In this document: positions 38,409-48,124 of the stretch, piece by piece
Position numbering within the stretch: the stretch's first letter is position 1
Layout: each line of letters starts with the position of its first letter
Origin: an uncultured Armatimonadetes bacterium
GTDB taxonomy: Bacteria > Armatimonadota > Hebobacteria > Hebobacterales > Hebobacteraceae
Direction: 5' to 3'
DNA length: 64,000 nt
Assembly (NCBI GenBank): GCA_963716175.1
Contig: OY970296.1
Location: forward strand, 3,232,001 to 3,296,000
Made by a program: the position numbers and the translations under genes
The notes under the pieces: generated by a model
Told to the model about the DNA's origin: nothing
The model's input: the letters and a program-made list of their open reading frames with translations, nothing else
Databases searched by the model: none

Positions 38409-39833
38409 CTAGGCCTGGCGGGCCGGGGCCGGCGCCGGGCCATTGCCTCTCGCCGCCGGCTGGGACCTGAGATAGCGGTTTCCACCCTCCCGGTAGGCCT
38501 CCTGGAGCGCTTCTTCCGCGGCCGACAGCAGTTCCTCCGGAGATCGGCCATTGGCCGGAAAGGCCCCGATCCCGATACTCACGGTGACCGGCTGATCTGC
38601 GGCGGCGAGCCGTGCGGAGATGGTCTTCAGGATGCGCTCGGCCAGCACTGCCGCCTCCCGGCCGGTGTGGGGGAGGAGCAGGCCGAAGCGCGTCCCCCGC
38701 AGCCGCGCCACCAGGTCAATGCTGCGCACGTTGGCCCGCAGCAGCCGTGCCAGGGCCCCCAGCTCTGCTCCTGCCAGATCGCCCTGGTCGGCCGCCAGCA
38801 GCAGGATCGAGAACTGCTGAGGATAGCGACGCGCGCGCTCCACCTCTTGGTTCAGCCGCTCCAGGAAGTACTGCTCGGTGGGCAACTTCGTGGTGGGGTC
38901 GGCCGGCGCCGGGCGCAAGGACAGAGAGTAAGCCCCAGAGGCGGCCCGGGTGTGCTCGGAGACCGGCTGCGAGTGAGCCCTCCCGTCGTCCTGGGCCTGC
39001 GCCTCCACGGCCTTCTTCAGCTTCGCCACCGCCCCCCGCAGCAGGTAGGAAGCGTAGTTGACCGAGATGCCCAGGCGGCGCGCGATCTCCGTCTGGTTCA
39101 GGTCCAGGTAGTAGAAATGGTGGACCACCTTCCGCTCCAGGGTCTTCAGCCTGGACATGGCGTCTCGCAGGAAGATCCGGTCCTCGATGGGCAGGTGCAC
39201 TTCGTCGCTGCGCTCGGCGCTCAGCTTCTCCGGATCCACGGCGGGGGCCTGGCTGTCATCATCGCTGCTCGCCGCGTCCAGCGAAGCCACCTTGCTGCGC
39301 TCCCGTGCGTCTAGCATCCGCCGGGTGCTCTCCTGGGTGGTGCCCACCCGCTCCGCAATCTCGGCCAGCGTGGGGGACCGATCCAGCTCCTGGGTGAGCG
39401 CGTCCGTGGCCTTCACGATCTTGGTGGTCAGCTCCTGCACCCAGGCCGGCTGCTTGATCAGCTTTCCCTTGTCTCTCAGGTAATGCCTGATCTGGCCTTC
39501 CACCAGGTGAGTGGCATAGGTCGAGAACTGCACCCCCCGGTCTGGGTCATAGAGGTCAACCGCGTTGATCAGGCCCATGGCACCTTCCTGGAGCAAATCC
39601 TCGTGGGACTCGCCCAGGCCGGCAAACTTGCGGGCCACCGTCTGCACCAGGTAGAGGTGCTGCGAGATCAGCTTATCCCTCAGCACTCGATCGCCCCTGC
39701 CCCGGTAGGCGCGGACGAGGGTGTCCACCTCCTCCCGATCCGGCGCCTTGCGCCTGGCTGGGGTCCCGGCGTTCTTCTTGCGGCTCGCGCCTGCGGCCGA
39801 GCCGCTCGACTTCAGCCGCTGTTGCTTTGTCAT
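38409..39833 (-). CDS. SigB/SigF-type sigma factor fused to degenerate GGDEF domain
   Basis: Regions 2-4 (EDLLQEGAMGLINAVDLYDPDRGVQFSTYA, GQIRHYLRD, PTLAEIA, NQTEIARRLGIS), then DPTTKLP...ERARRY...RSIDLVARLRGTRF...VTVSIG...A..EGGNR. Confidence 0.92.
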   Translation of the reverse strand: MTKQQRLKSSGSAAGASRKKNAGTPARRKAPDREEVDTLVRAYRGRGDRVLRDKLISQHLYLVQTVARKFAGLGESHEDLLQEGAMGLINAVDLYDPDRGVQFSTYATHLVEGQIRHYLRDKGKLIKQPAWVQELTTKIVKATDALTQELDRSPTLAEIAERVGTTQESTRRMLDARERSKVASLDAASSDDDSQAPAVDPEKLSAERSDEVHLPIEDRIFLRDAMSRLKTLERKVVHHFYYLDLNQTEIARRLGISVNYASYLLRGAVAKLKKAVEAQAQDDGRAHSQPVSEHTRAASGAYSLSLRPAPADPTTKLPTEQYFLERLNQEVERARRYPQQFSILLLAADQGDLAGAELGALARLLRANVRSIDLVARLRGTRFGLLLPHTGREAAVLAERILKTISARLAAADQPVTVSIGIGAFPANGRSPEELLSAAEEALQEAYREGGNRYLRSQPAARGNGPAPAPARQA

Positions 39834-39933
39834 GTCGCCACCGGGCCCAGGCTATGGGTGCCCCGCCTGGGCTCTCGTCTCCTTTCCGTGTCCCCGCCGG
39901 CCAGACCCGGGGCTGGCTCCCCCGGTTTGGGCG

Positions 39934-41148
39934 CTACTTGCCCAGGGATCCGACCAGGGAGTAGATGGGAGAGATCACGGAGACCGCGATGAAGCCCACG
40001 ATCAAGCCCAGGCCCACGATCATCAGGGGCTCGATCAGGGAAGTGAGGGCCTTGAGCGTGGCGTCCACCTCTTCGTCGTAGAAGTTCGCCACCTTCACCA
40101 GCATCTGGTCCAGCCGGCCCGTCTCTTCTCCCACCGCGATCATCTGCGTCACCATCACCGGGAATACCTTGCTGCCGAACAGGGGGGTGCTGATCTTGTC
40201 GCCCTCTTTGATGCTGGTGCGGGCGCGGGCGACGGTTTCAGAGACCACACGGTTCCCCGCGGTGTCGGCGACAATCTCCAGCGCCCGCAGCACTGGCACG
40301 CCGCTGCTGATCAGGGTGCCGAAGGTGCGGGCGAAGCGCGACACCGCCGTCTTCAGCACTAGCTCCCCGAAGACTGGCACACGCAGCTTCGCAGCGTCAA
40401 TGGCGAAGCGGCCCTTCTCCGTGCGCGCCGCCATCCGGACGAAGATGAAGCTGCCCACCACCACCACGATGGCGATATACCAGTACTGGCGCACATAGGT
40501 GGAGCAGTTCAGCATCAGCCTGGTGGTGAGCGGCAGTTGCAGGCCCATGGTCTCGAAGATACCCTTGAACTTGGGCAGCACGAAGAAGAGCAGGCCGATC
40601 AGCATCAGCATCGCGAACACGAACACCACCGCCGGATAGGTCATCGCCGACTTGATCTTGTTGCGCGTCTCCTGCTCCTTCTCCAGGAAGGTGGCGAGCC
40701 GATCCAGCACCGTGTCCAGGATACCTCCCGCCTCTGCCGATCGGATCATGTTCACGTAGAGCGAGGTGAAGATGCGAGGGTGCTTCTGCAGAGCTTCGGT
40801 GAGGCTGGTCCCGCCCGCCACATCGCGCTTCACTGTGCTGATCACTTCTTTCAGCCGGGGGTTGCGGCTCTGCTTCTCCAAAATGTCCAGACATTTTACC
40901 ACGCTCAGCCCGGCGTCTATCATGGTGGCGAACTGGCGGCTGAACACCACCAGGTCCCGCAGCTTCACCCGCTGCATCGCGGAGAGCATGCCCTGAAGGC
41001 CGGCCCCGCCTCGTGTCTGACGAATGCTGAGCACATGATAGCGGAGGTCCGACAGCTTGGCCCGCACCAGCTCCAGGCTCTCCGCCTCCAGGGTGCCGGC
41101 CACCGTGCGCCCGCTCTGGTCCATGGCGCTGTAGCGGTAAGTTGGCAT
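39934..41148 (-). CDS. pilC: Type IV pilus platform protein PilC
   Basis: FSRQFATMIDAG, AEAGGILD, SAMTYP, GEETGRLD, LIEP. Confidence 0.93.
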   Translation of the reverse strand: MPTYRYSAMDQSGRTVAGTLEAESLELVRAKLSDLRYHVLSIRQTRGGAGLQGMLSAMQRVKLRDLVVFSRQFATMIDAGLSVVKCLDILEKQSRNPRLKEVISTVKRDVAGGTSLTEALQKHPRIFTSLYVNMIRSAEAGGILDTVLDRLATFLEKEQETRNKIKSAMTYPAVVFVFAMLMLIGLLFFVLPKFKGIFETMGLQLPLTTRLMLNCSTYVRQYWYIAIVVVVGSFIFVRMAARTEKGRFAIDAAKLRVPVFGELVLKTAVSRFARTFGTLISSGVPVLRALEIVADTAGNRVVSETVARARTSIKEGDKISTPLFGSKVFPVMVTQMIAVGEETGRLDQMLVKVANFYDEEVDATLKALTSLIEPLMIVGLGLIVGFIAVSVISPIYSLVGSLGK

Positions 41149-41380
41149 TAGCTCTCTCCTTGCTCCCAGCTCCGGACTTGCGCCCGTCGCCCCCTCTGGT
41201 ACGATGGCACGCCTCACCGCGTTCGTGGCGGTGCGCTTGCCTGGGGGCAGGTCCTCTCTCCCCGCCTCTGGCGCGAGGCGGGCCGCCGCCGTTCGCCTGG
41301 CGCGGCCTCAGGTGCCGCTTTCCGTCACCGGCCCCGGGGCGCTGCGCCGCGCTTATCTATTCCGTGTTTTCCACCTCACT

Positions 41381-42466
41381 TCACAGGGTGGACAGCCATC
41401 GCCCGTAGTTATCGGCGTCTATCGCCCGGGAGGCGGCCTCCTCCGGCGTCACCTGGCCCTGCCGCACCAGCACCGCTAGCGCGCGGTCCATGGTCTGCAT
41501 TCCCAGATCGCCGCCAGTCTCTATCAGGGCGTAGATCTGATGCGTCTTTCCCTCCCGGATCAGATTCCGGATGCCCGCGGTCACGATCATCACTTCCACC
41601 GCCGGGATGCGACCAGTCTGTCCCGCCCGTGGCAGCAGTTGCTGCGCGACCACCGCCTCCAGCGTGCTGGACAGGAGCACCCTGACCTGCTCCTGGTGGT
41701 GGGGCGGGAACACATCCACGATCCGGTGCACGCTCTGGGGCGCGTTGCGAGTGTGCAGCGTCCCCAGCACCAGGTGCCCGGTTTCGGCGATCTTGAGCGC
41801 GGCATCTATGGTCTCCAGATCGCGCATCTCCCCGATCAGCACCACGTTCGGGTCCTCCCGCACTACTGCCCTCAGCGCCATCGCTATGTCGTAAGTGTCG
41901 CTGCCCAGTTCCCGCTGGTTGACCATGGCCTTGCGGTGCTGGTGCAGGTACTCGATCGGGTCCTCAATCGTCATGATGTGGCAGCTGCGGAACTGGTTGA
42001 TGTAGTCAATGATGGCGGCCAGGGTGGTGGATTTGCCGCTTCCCGCGGGCCCGGTCACCAGGATCAGGCCGCTGGTGCGGCTGGTCAGCGTCCGCACCGC
42101 GCCCGGCAGGCACAGCTCCTCGAAAGTGGGGATGCGGCGGGGAATCAGGCGGAAGGCCGCCCCCACTGACCCCCGCTGCATGTAGACATTCACGCGGAAG
42201 CGCCCCACCTTGCTGATGCCGTGGGAGAAGTCCAGCTCGTGCTTGCTCTCGAAGGCCTGGATCTGATGGTCGTTGAGGATGCTGTAGATCAGCCGTTGGC
42301 ACTCCACGGGCGTGAGCTGGTTGAAGTTCATGGGGCTGAGGCGGCCGTCAACCCGGAGCAGAGGAGGCAGGCCGGCGGTGATGTGCAAGTCCGAGGCGCG
42401 CCGCTCCACTGCCATCGTGAGCAGCTCGTCGAGGCCATACTCCTCGACCTTGAGGGTCCGGGGCAT
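41381..42466 (-). CDS. pilT: Type IV pilus retraction ATPase PilT
   Basis: ASDLHI, GPAGSGKST, EDPIEY, NQRELG, GIRNLIREGK, GMQT. Confidence 0.93.
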   Translation of the reverse strand: MPRTLKVEEYGLDELLTMAVERRASDLHITAGLPPLLRVDGRLSPMNFNQLTPVECQRLIYSILNDHQIQAFESKHELDFSHGISKVGRFRVNVYMQRGSVGAAFRLIPRRIPTFEELCLPGAVRTLTSRTSGLILVTGPAGSGKSTTLAAIIDYINQFRSCHIMTIEDPIEYLHQHRKAMVNQRELGSDTYDIAMALRAVVREDPNVVLIGEMRDLETIDAALKIAETGHLVLGTLHTRNAPQSVHRIVDVFPPHHQEQVRVLLSSTLEAVVAQQLLPRAGQTGRIPAVEVMIVTAGIRNLIREGKTHQIYALIETGGDLGMQTMDRALAVLVRQGQVTPEEAASRAIDADNYGRWLSTL

Positions 42467-42467
42467 C

Positions 42468-44183
42468 TTAGCCAATGTAGACAACGCGCAGTGCCTCCTC
42501 CATCGTCGTTATCCCCTCCAGGGTCTTCTGCATCGCATCCTGCTGAAGGGTGATCATGCCGCTCTCCAGGGCATGTTGGCGGATCTCGTGGGTGGGCGCC
42601 TTGCGGAGGATGAACTCGCGGATGGTGTCAGTGATCGGCATCAGCTCGAAGATGCCGATTCGCCCCCGGTAGCCAGTGTGGCGGCAGCGCTCGCACCCCC
42701 GTCCCCGGTAGAAGGTGACGGAGTCGGTGTCCACCGCCAGGTTGAGCCGCCGAAAGGCCTCCACCGGGGGAGCATAGGATTCCTTACACTCGGCGCAGAT
42801 CACCCGCACCAACCGCTGGGCGAGCACCCCGATCAGCGAGGACGCGATCAGGAAGGGCTCGACCCCCATCTCGATCATGCGGGCCACCGCGGTGGGAGCG
42901 TCATTGGTATGAAGAGTGCTGAACACCAGGTGCCCCGTCAGCGCGGCCTCGGTGGCGATCATCGCCGTCTCCGAGTCCCGCATCTCTCCCACCAGGATGA
43001 TATCCGGGTCCTGCCGGAGGAAGGTGCGCAGGGCGGTGGCAAAGGTCACCCCGGCGCGCTCATTCACCGCGGTCTGGGTGAGGCCGGCCAGCTGGTATTC
43101 CACCGGATCCTCGATGGTGAGGATGTTCTTCTCGGGGCTGTTGATGGAGTTCAGGACGGAATAGAGCGTGGTGGACTTGCCGGACCCGGTGGGCCCGGTG
43201 ACGGCGACAATGCCATAGCTGCGGTTGACCAGGTTCTCGAAATCCTCCATCATGGAGGTGGGGATGCCGAGCTGGTTGAGCCCGACCTGGATCCCGCGCT
43301 TGTCCAGGATGCGCATCACCACCTTCTCCCCATTCACCCCGGGATTGGTGGAGACTCGGAAATCAAACTCCCGGCCCGCTACCCGCAGTGAGATGCGGCC
43401 ATCCTGGGGCGCGCGTTTCTCCGCGATGTCCAGGTCGGCCATCACCTTAATGCGGGAGACCAGCGGAGCCTGCACCTTCTTGGGCACGGTCATCACATCA
43501 TGGAGAATGCCGTCAATGCGAAGGCGGATGCGGACCCGATTTACCTCCGGCTGGATGTGGATGTCGCTGGTCTTGTCCCGGATCGCCTGGCGGATGATGA
43601 GGTTGGTGAGCCGCACCACCGGCGCGTCGTCCAGCATCTCCCGCAGTTGATCGGCGCTTACCTCTTCCTCTCGCTTCGCCGTCTCGTACTGGATCTCGCC
43701 CCCGTCCTGGCCTATCTCCTCGTTCATCTCCTGCAGCGCGGCGCCGATCTCTTCCCGGGCCGACAGCGATTGTCCCAGCACCGCGTTGATGTCATCCGCG
43801 GTGGCGATCACGGACTCGATGTCGGTGCCGGCGACCAGGCGCATCTGGTCCAGGGCGTAGACGTCCAGGGGGTTGACCATGGCCACCACCAGGCGGGGTC
43901 CGTTCCGGTCTATGGGCACCGCCTTCCAGCGTTGCAGCAGGTGGTGAGGGATCAGCTTCAGCAGGTCGCGGTCGAACTGGCGCTCGCCCAGGTCCACGAA
44001 GGGAATGCCCCACTGCCGCCCCAGGATCTTGGCCTTATCCTTCTCCGTGATCACGCCCATGTTCACCAGCACTTGGGCGAGGGGCTCGCGGGTCTCCTTC
44101 TGCACCTCCAGCGCTTGCCTGAGCTGCTCGGAGGAGACCTTCGTCACTTCCTTTACGATGTCTGCGACTGTCCGCGTTTCCAT
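42468..44183 (-). CDS. pilB: Type IV pilus assembly ATPase PilB
   Basis: N-terminal T2SSE_N, DAPVVRL, SDIHIQP, PQDGR, GPTGSGKST, RQDPDIILVGEMRD, CAEC..CERC. Confidence 0.93.
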   Translation of the reverse strand: METRTVADIVKEVTKVSSEQLRQALEVQKETREPLAQVLVNMGVITEKDKAKILGRQWGIPFVDLGERQFDRDLLKLIPHHLLQRWKAVPIDRNGPRLVVAMVNPLDVYALDQMRLVAGTDIESVIATADDINAVLGQSLSAREEIGAALQEMNEEIGQDGGEIQYETAKREEEVSADQLREMLDDAPVVRLTNLIIRQAIRDKTSDIHIQPEVNRVRIRLRIDGILHDVMTVPKKVQAPLVSRIKVMADLDIAEKRAPQDGRISLRVAGREFDFRVSTNPGVNGEKVVMRILDKRGIQVGLNQLGIPTSMMEDFENLVNRSYGIVAVTGPTGSGKSTTLYSVLNSINSPEKNILTIEDPVEYQLAGLTQTAVNERAGVTFATALRTFLRQDPDIILVGEMRDSETAMIATEAALTGHLVFSTLHTNDAPTAVARMIEMGVEPFLIASSLIGVLAQRLVRVICAECKESYAPPVEAFRRLNLAVDTDSVTFYRGRGCERCRHTGYRGRIGIFELMPITDTIREFILRKAPTHEIRQHALESGMITLQQDAMQKTLEGITTMEEALRVVYIG

Positions 44184-44239
44184 GTCCCGGTTTAGGCTCT
44201 TTCCATATTTGCGCGCTTCTGGGGGAAGGCGCCTCACAG

Positions 44240-44274
44240 ACAAGAAGGGGGCCTGCCCGGTGGGGCAGGCCCCC
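44240..44274 (-). terminator. Intrinsic terminator between pilQ and pilB
   Basis: GGGGCCTGCCC-CACC-GGGCAGGCCCC-CTTCTTGT. Confidence 0.6.
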
Positions 44275-44306
44275 AAGCCGGCGCCATGATCCGCTATGTC
44301 GTCCTA

Positions 44307-44333
44307 GTAGGCTCGGCGTCTCTCAGCCGAGCC
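44307..44333 (+). repeat. REP-like GTAG palindrome
   Basis: GTAG-GCTCGGC-GTCTCTCA-GCCGAGCC. Confidence 0.45.
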
Positions 44334-44400
44334 CCCGTTAGTTGTCGACATCGTCCCTTTTCGGAATAGAGGCGCCAGGCCCGTCAGGCCCGGCCCCGGG

Positions 44401-46278
44401 CTAGGACTCGACTATCGTCGGGGTCACGAAGACCATGATCTCAGTGTGCTGTGGGCGCTTCTCCACGTGCTTGAACAGCTCCCCAGCAATCGGCAGGTTC
44501 CCCAGGAACGGCACCTTCTTGATCGTCACCTGCTCCTGGTCGGTCACCAGTCCCGCCAGCACCGCGGTCTCGCCGCTCTTGATCCGCACTGTGGTGATCA
44601 CCGTGCGCGTGGCGACCACGGGCAGTTGCGCCGCGGTCGTGCCCACCAGCGAGGAAACCGTCGGCGAGATGGTCATTGTGATCTCGTTGTTCTCATTCAC
44701 CCTCGGGTTGACCGACAGCAGCACGCCGACATCAATCGTTCTGGTGTCGGTGATGATCCCACCGGTGGTAGCGGCCGCAATCGCCACCGTGTAGTAGATG
44801 GTCTGGCCGGTGTGCAGCGATGTCTGTCGGCCGTCCAGCGTGGTGACACTCGGGTTGGACAGGATGCGGGCGCGGCCCTTCTGCTCCAACGCGCGAAGCG
44901 CCGCGTCCAGCTGGAAATCGGTTCGCAGGATCCGGCCGACATTCAGCGGTCTCATCACGGTGGCGTCGGGCTTGCCCGTGTCGGGGTCGATCTCCAGCGG
45001 CTCGCCGATGATGAAGGGCACGCCGGTCTCGCCCAGGCCCCGTCCCGTGGACTGGCCCCAGTCAATGCCGATGCGGGAGACGTCATCCCGGTTGATCTCG
45101 GTCACCATGGCGGTGATGTGCACCTGCCTGGGGGCCTTGTCGAGCTGCTCGATCAGCTTCAGCCCGCGCTCGACGGTGTAGGGCGCGCCGGACAGGATCA
45201 GGGCCGTGATCGGCGCCGCCTCTACCTGCACGCCGGCAGTGCCTCCGGCGCCGCCAGCCCCGCCCCCGCCCCCGCCGCCACCGCCCGCGTACTGCGGAGC
45301 GGCCAGCATCGCGGCGGTGCCGCCGGCTCCGCCGGTGGCTCTCTGCACCACAGGCGTGAACGAGCGCGGCGCCAGGGTCACGGTGAGGTCAGGCACCAGC
45401 GCCATCACGGTCTGCTGCAGCTCCGTGGGGCTGGTGTACTTCACGTAGTAAATGGCCTGCGTCGCCTGCGCCGGCGCTGGCGCTGCATCCGAGGCCGAGA
45501 CCAGCGAGCGCACGGACTGCCACTGCTGGTCGGTGGCCGTGATCAGCAGGCTGTTCTCCTGCGGCCCGAGCTGCACTTTCACCTCCGGCACCGCAGCCGA
45601 GATCAGCTCGGCCATCTGGTCCGCCTTCAGATACCGCACCGGCACCACTTCCGTGGTGGGCGGTGAGGGCGGGGCCGGCACGTCCATCTCCGCCAGCGCC
45701 CGCTCTGCCTTCGCCAGGGAGGACTCAGTCCCCAGCAGCAGGATCGAGCGCACCCCCTTCTGCGTAGACACGGTGACATCGGGGGTCAGCTTGGAGAGCG
45801 CCTGTTGGGCGTATTCTGGCGAGATGTGCTGCAGCACCACCACCGCCGACCGCAGCTCGGAGACGCGCATGGCGCGCACCTCTTCGGGCGTGCCCACCAC
45901 ATAGGCCGCCTCCACCCAGGCGTAGTCCAGTCCGTTGAGTCTGGTGACGATGTTCATGGCCTGTTCAATGGTGACATTGCGCAGGCGTAGCGTGGCCTTC
46001 CCCTTCACGCTGCCGCTCACCGCGATGTTGACTCCACTCTGCGTGGAGAGGGCCTGGAACACGTCTACGATGTCGGCATCCACAAACTCGAGCGTGAATC
46101 TGGCCCACGATGGGGCTCCCACTGGGGTTCCCCGGCCGCCGGTGTAGGCCAGGCCCGTCGCGCGCGCCGCTTGGGCCCCCGGCTTGGCATGTCCGTTGGC
46201 CCAGGCGACACTTGCCGCCAGCAGCCAGACCAATGCAATGGCCAGGCTGCTCCATACCGCATGCTTTCTGCGAGTCAT
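44401..46278 (-). CDS. pilQ: Type IV pilus secretin PilQ
   Basis: Signal peptide, STN/N domains, QVHITAMVTE, ILSNPSV, KVPFLGNLPIAGELF, MVFVTP. Confidence 0.88.
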   Translation of the reverse strand: MTRRKHAVWSSLAIALVWLLAASVAWANGHAKPGAQAARATGLAYTGGRGTPVGAPSWARFTLEFVDADIVDVFQALSTQSGVNIAVSGSVKGKATLRLRNVTIEQAMNIVTRLNGLDYAWVEAAYVVGTPEEVRAMRVSELRSAVVVLQHISPEYAQQALSKLTPDVTVSTQKGVRSILLLGTESSLAKAERALAEMDVPAPPSPPTTEVVPVRYLKADQMAELISAAVPEVKVQLGPQENSLLITATDQQWQSVRSLVSASDAAPAPAQATQAIYYVKYTSPTELQQTVMALVPDLTVTLAPRSFTPVVQRATGGAGGTAAMLAAPQYAGGGGGGGGGAGGAGGTAGVQVEAAPITALILSGAPYTVERGLKLIEQLDKAPRQVHITAMVTEINRDDVSRIGIDWGQSTGRGLGETGVPFIIGEPLEIDPDTGKPDATVMRPLNVGRILRTDFQLDAALRALEQKGRARILSNPSVTTLDGRQTSLHTGQTIYYTVAIAAATTGGIITDTRTIDVGVLLSVNPRVNENNEITMTISPTVSSLVGTTAAQLPVVATRTVITTVRIKSGETAVLAGLVTDQEQVTIKKVPFLGNLPIAGELFKHVEKRPQHTEIMVFVTPTIVES

Positions 46279-46282
46279 GGCG

Positions 46283-46864
46283 CTACTGCCTCCCTCCCAT
46301 CCGTAGGATGACCTTCCCTTCTTTGCCTGTTAGCACTACTTCTTTCGAGCCGACCGACTGCACCCGGTAGCGATCCCCAATGCGGTCGCCGGCCTTCACG
46401 TAGTAACGCTGGTCCCCCTCTCGAATCACCGCCATCGCCTGTCGCCCGGCCACGATCCCGGCCAGGATCAGCCCGGTCGCGGGGGCCTCGCCGCCTTTGG
46501 CCGCCGCGGTGCTGCTCACCCTGGGTGGCATCGCCGCCGGGGCTGGGGATGCCGCGGGCGCGCTCTCTCCGGCCGCGGCCGGAGGCCGCTTTGCGGGCTC
46601 CCCGGCGGCCTGAGAAGCGGCGACGCTGGGCCCGGCGAACGGGTTGCGGGGGGTGCCGCTGGTCCCGGGCGCGGCTGCCAGCGGCAGGCCTGGCTTGGCC
46701 GCCTCCCCCGCGCCCGCTTTCCCCGCCTGCGGCTTGGCCGGAGAGGCGGCCGCGGGCTTTGCCGGGGGCACGGGCGGCGGCCTGTGGCGGAAGGTGTAGA
46801 CGGCTACCGCCAGCGCCATCGCCGCCAGCACCAGCAGGAGAACATCCTTGCTACGACGTCCCAT
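46283..46864 (-). CDS. PilP-like protein
   Basis: N-terminal TM, Pro/Ala linker, RNPF motif, LAGIV...AVI...YYVKAGDRIG; between pilO and pilQ. Confidence 0.7.
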   Translation of the reverse strand: MGRRSKDVLLLVLAAMALAVAVYTFRHRPPPVPPAKPAAASPAKPQAGKAGAGEAAKPGLPLAAAPGTSGTPRNPFAGPSVAASQAAGEPAKRPPAAAGESAPAASPAPAAMPPRVSSTAAAKGGEAPATGLILAGIVAGRQAMAVIREGDQRYYVKAGDRIGDRYRVQSVGSKEVVLTGKEGKVILRMGGRQ

Positions 46865-47534
46865 CTTTCCCCCCTTTCCCGATCACCGCGGTCAGCTCCA
46901 TGGTCGCCATCAGCTCCGGCGACTGCATCAGTGAGCCCGTCTGCTTGGGCGAGAAGGCGATATCATTGACCGCGATCATCTTGGGGAACTGCTGCAGCTC
47001 CTTCAGGAAATCCAGGATCGTGGTGTAGGTGCCCTCGATCCTCAACTCGATGGTCGAGTAATCATAGGGGAGCTTGCTCTTGTCCACCTGCTTCGCGTCC
47101 TTGGCATTGGGCCCGGAGGGCGCGTTCGGTTGCTCCTTCACCACCTCCCCGGTCTCGTTGTTCACCGTCACCGCTGCGGTCTTGCCGCTGGGCGCCTTCG
47201 CCTTGGGTCGGATCATCACAATCCGGTTACTGGTCTGCGTGGCCAGCCGCTCGATCTGGCGCAGGAAAGTGGGCATGTAGGAGCTGTCCGGCAAGGCCGG
47301 CTCCAGCACCGAGAGCCGCGCCTGCAGCTTGGCGTACTTGGCCTCCAGCTCCGGCTGCTTGGTGAGCTTCTCTCGCACCTGCGTCAACTGCTGGTCCTTG
47401 CCGCTCAGCTCCTTCGCCAACCGCGTCAGCTCGCTGCCCTTGGCCCGGTAGAGACTCACTCCCAGGCCGGTCAGGCAGACCGCGGCGATGCCCAGCAGCG
47501 CGTAAATCACTTTGCGATCGGCGCCTACGCTCAT
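46851..47534 (-). CDS. pilO: Type IV pilus protein PilO
   Basis: TM + coiled coil + LP...MPTFL...GTY..ILDFL; operon order. Confidence 0.85.
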   Translation of the reverse strand: MSVGADRKVIYALLGIAAVCLTGLGVSLYRAKGSELTRLAKELSGKDQQLTQVREKLTKQPELEAKYAKLQARLSVLEPALPDSSYMPTFLRQIERLATQTSNRIVMIRPKAKAPSGKTAAVTVNNETGEVVKEQPNAPSGPNAKDAKQVDKSKLPYDYSTIELRIEGTYTTILDFLKELQQFPKMIAVNDIAFSPKQTGSLMQSPELMATMELTAVIGKGGKDGTS

Positions 47535-48124
47535 TTCAACCCGCTCCCGATGATCTGGCTCAAGGGCACTGTGATCTCGAATTGGATGACACTGCGTCCT
47601 TGCTGGGTCACGTTCATCTGGGTGAAGCCGAGGGCCGGGGCCTTGCTCCAGGCCGGCTTATCCAGGTTCAGCATGAACTCCCCGATGTCGCTCTGGTTGA
47701 AGGCCGAGCCCCGGAGCGAGAGCACCTGCTCCTTCTCCGCGCGATGCGAGCCCAACTGGGAGAGCCAGACATTCCCTGCCGTCGGCACGCAGGCCCCGAC
47801 GTCCCGCAGGATCTGGATCCACGCCTGCTCGCTGTCGTGCACCTTCTCCAGCAGATCCACCCGCGGCTCCAGCTTCCCGATATTGCCGTCCAGGAACTGG
47901 ATGCGGCTCACCGCTTCCGCCAGCGTGGGATCGCTCAGCTTCGCCTCCACCTCCGCGATGCGACCCTGGGTCAGCTTGGTGGCCGCGGTCAGCCGCGCGT
48001 AGAGCAACGCCACCGCCAGGAACAGCACGATCAGGGAGTACACCGCGCAGCGCAGGATGGTGATGGCGCGCTGCTTCTGCCGCCTGCGGCCGGCTATGAG
48101 ATTGATGTCGAGCACGGTGGTCAT
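47531..48124 (-). CDS. pilN: Type IV pilus protein PilN
   Basis: DINLI motif, TM, coiled coil, VWL...LRGSA. Confidence 0.88.
   Translation of the reverse strand: MTTVLDINLIAGRRRQKQRAITILRCAVYSLIVLFLAVALLYARLTAATKLTQGRIAEVEAKLSDPTLAEAVSRIQFLDGNIGKLEPRVDLLEKVHDSEQAWIQILRDVGACVPTAGNVWLSQLGSHRAEKEQVLSLRGSAFNQSDIGEFMLNLDKPAWSKAPALGFTQMNVTQQGRSVIQFEITVPLSQIIGSGLK

Noticed and set aside
41150-41380. c-di-GMP riboswitch in the long pilC leader
   Set aside because: GC-rich with possible GNRA loops, but lacks the GGCAAA/GCAAAG core of class I and the class II pattern
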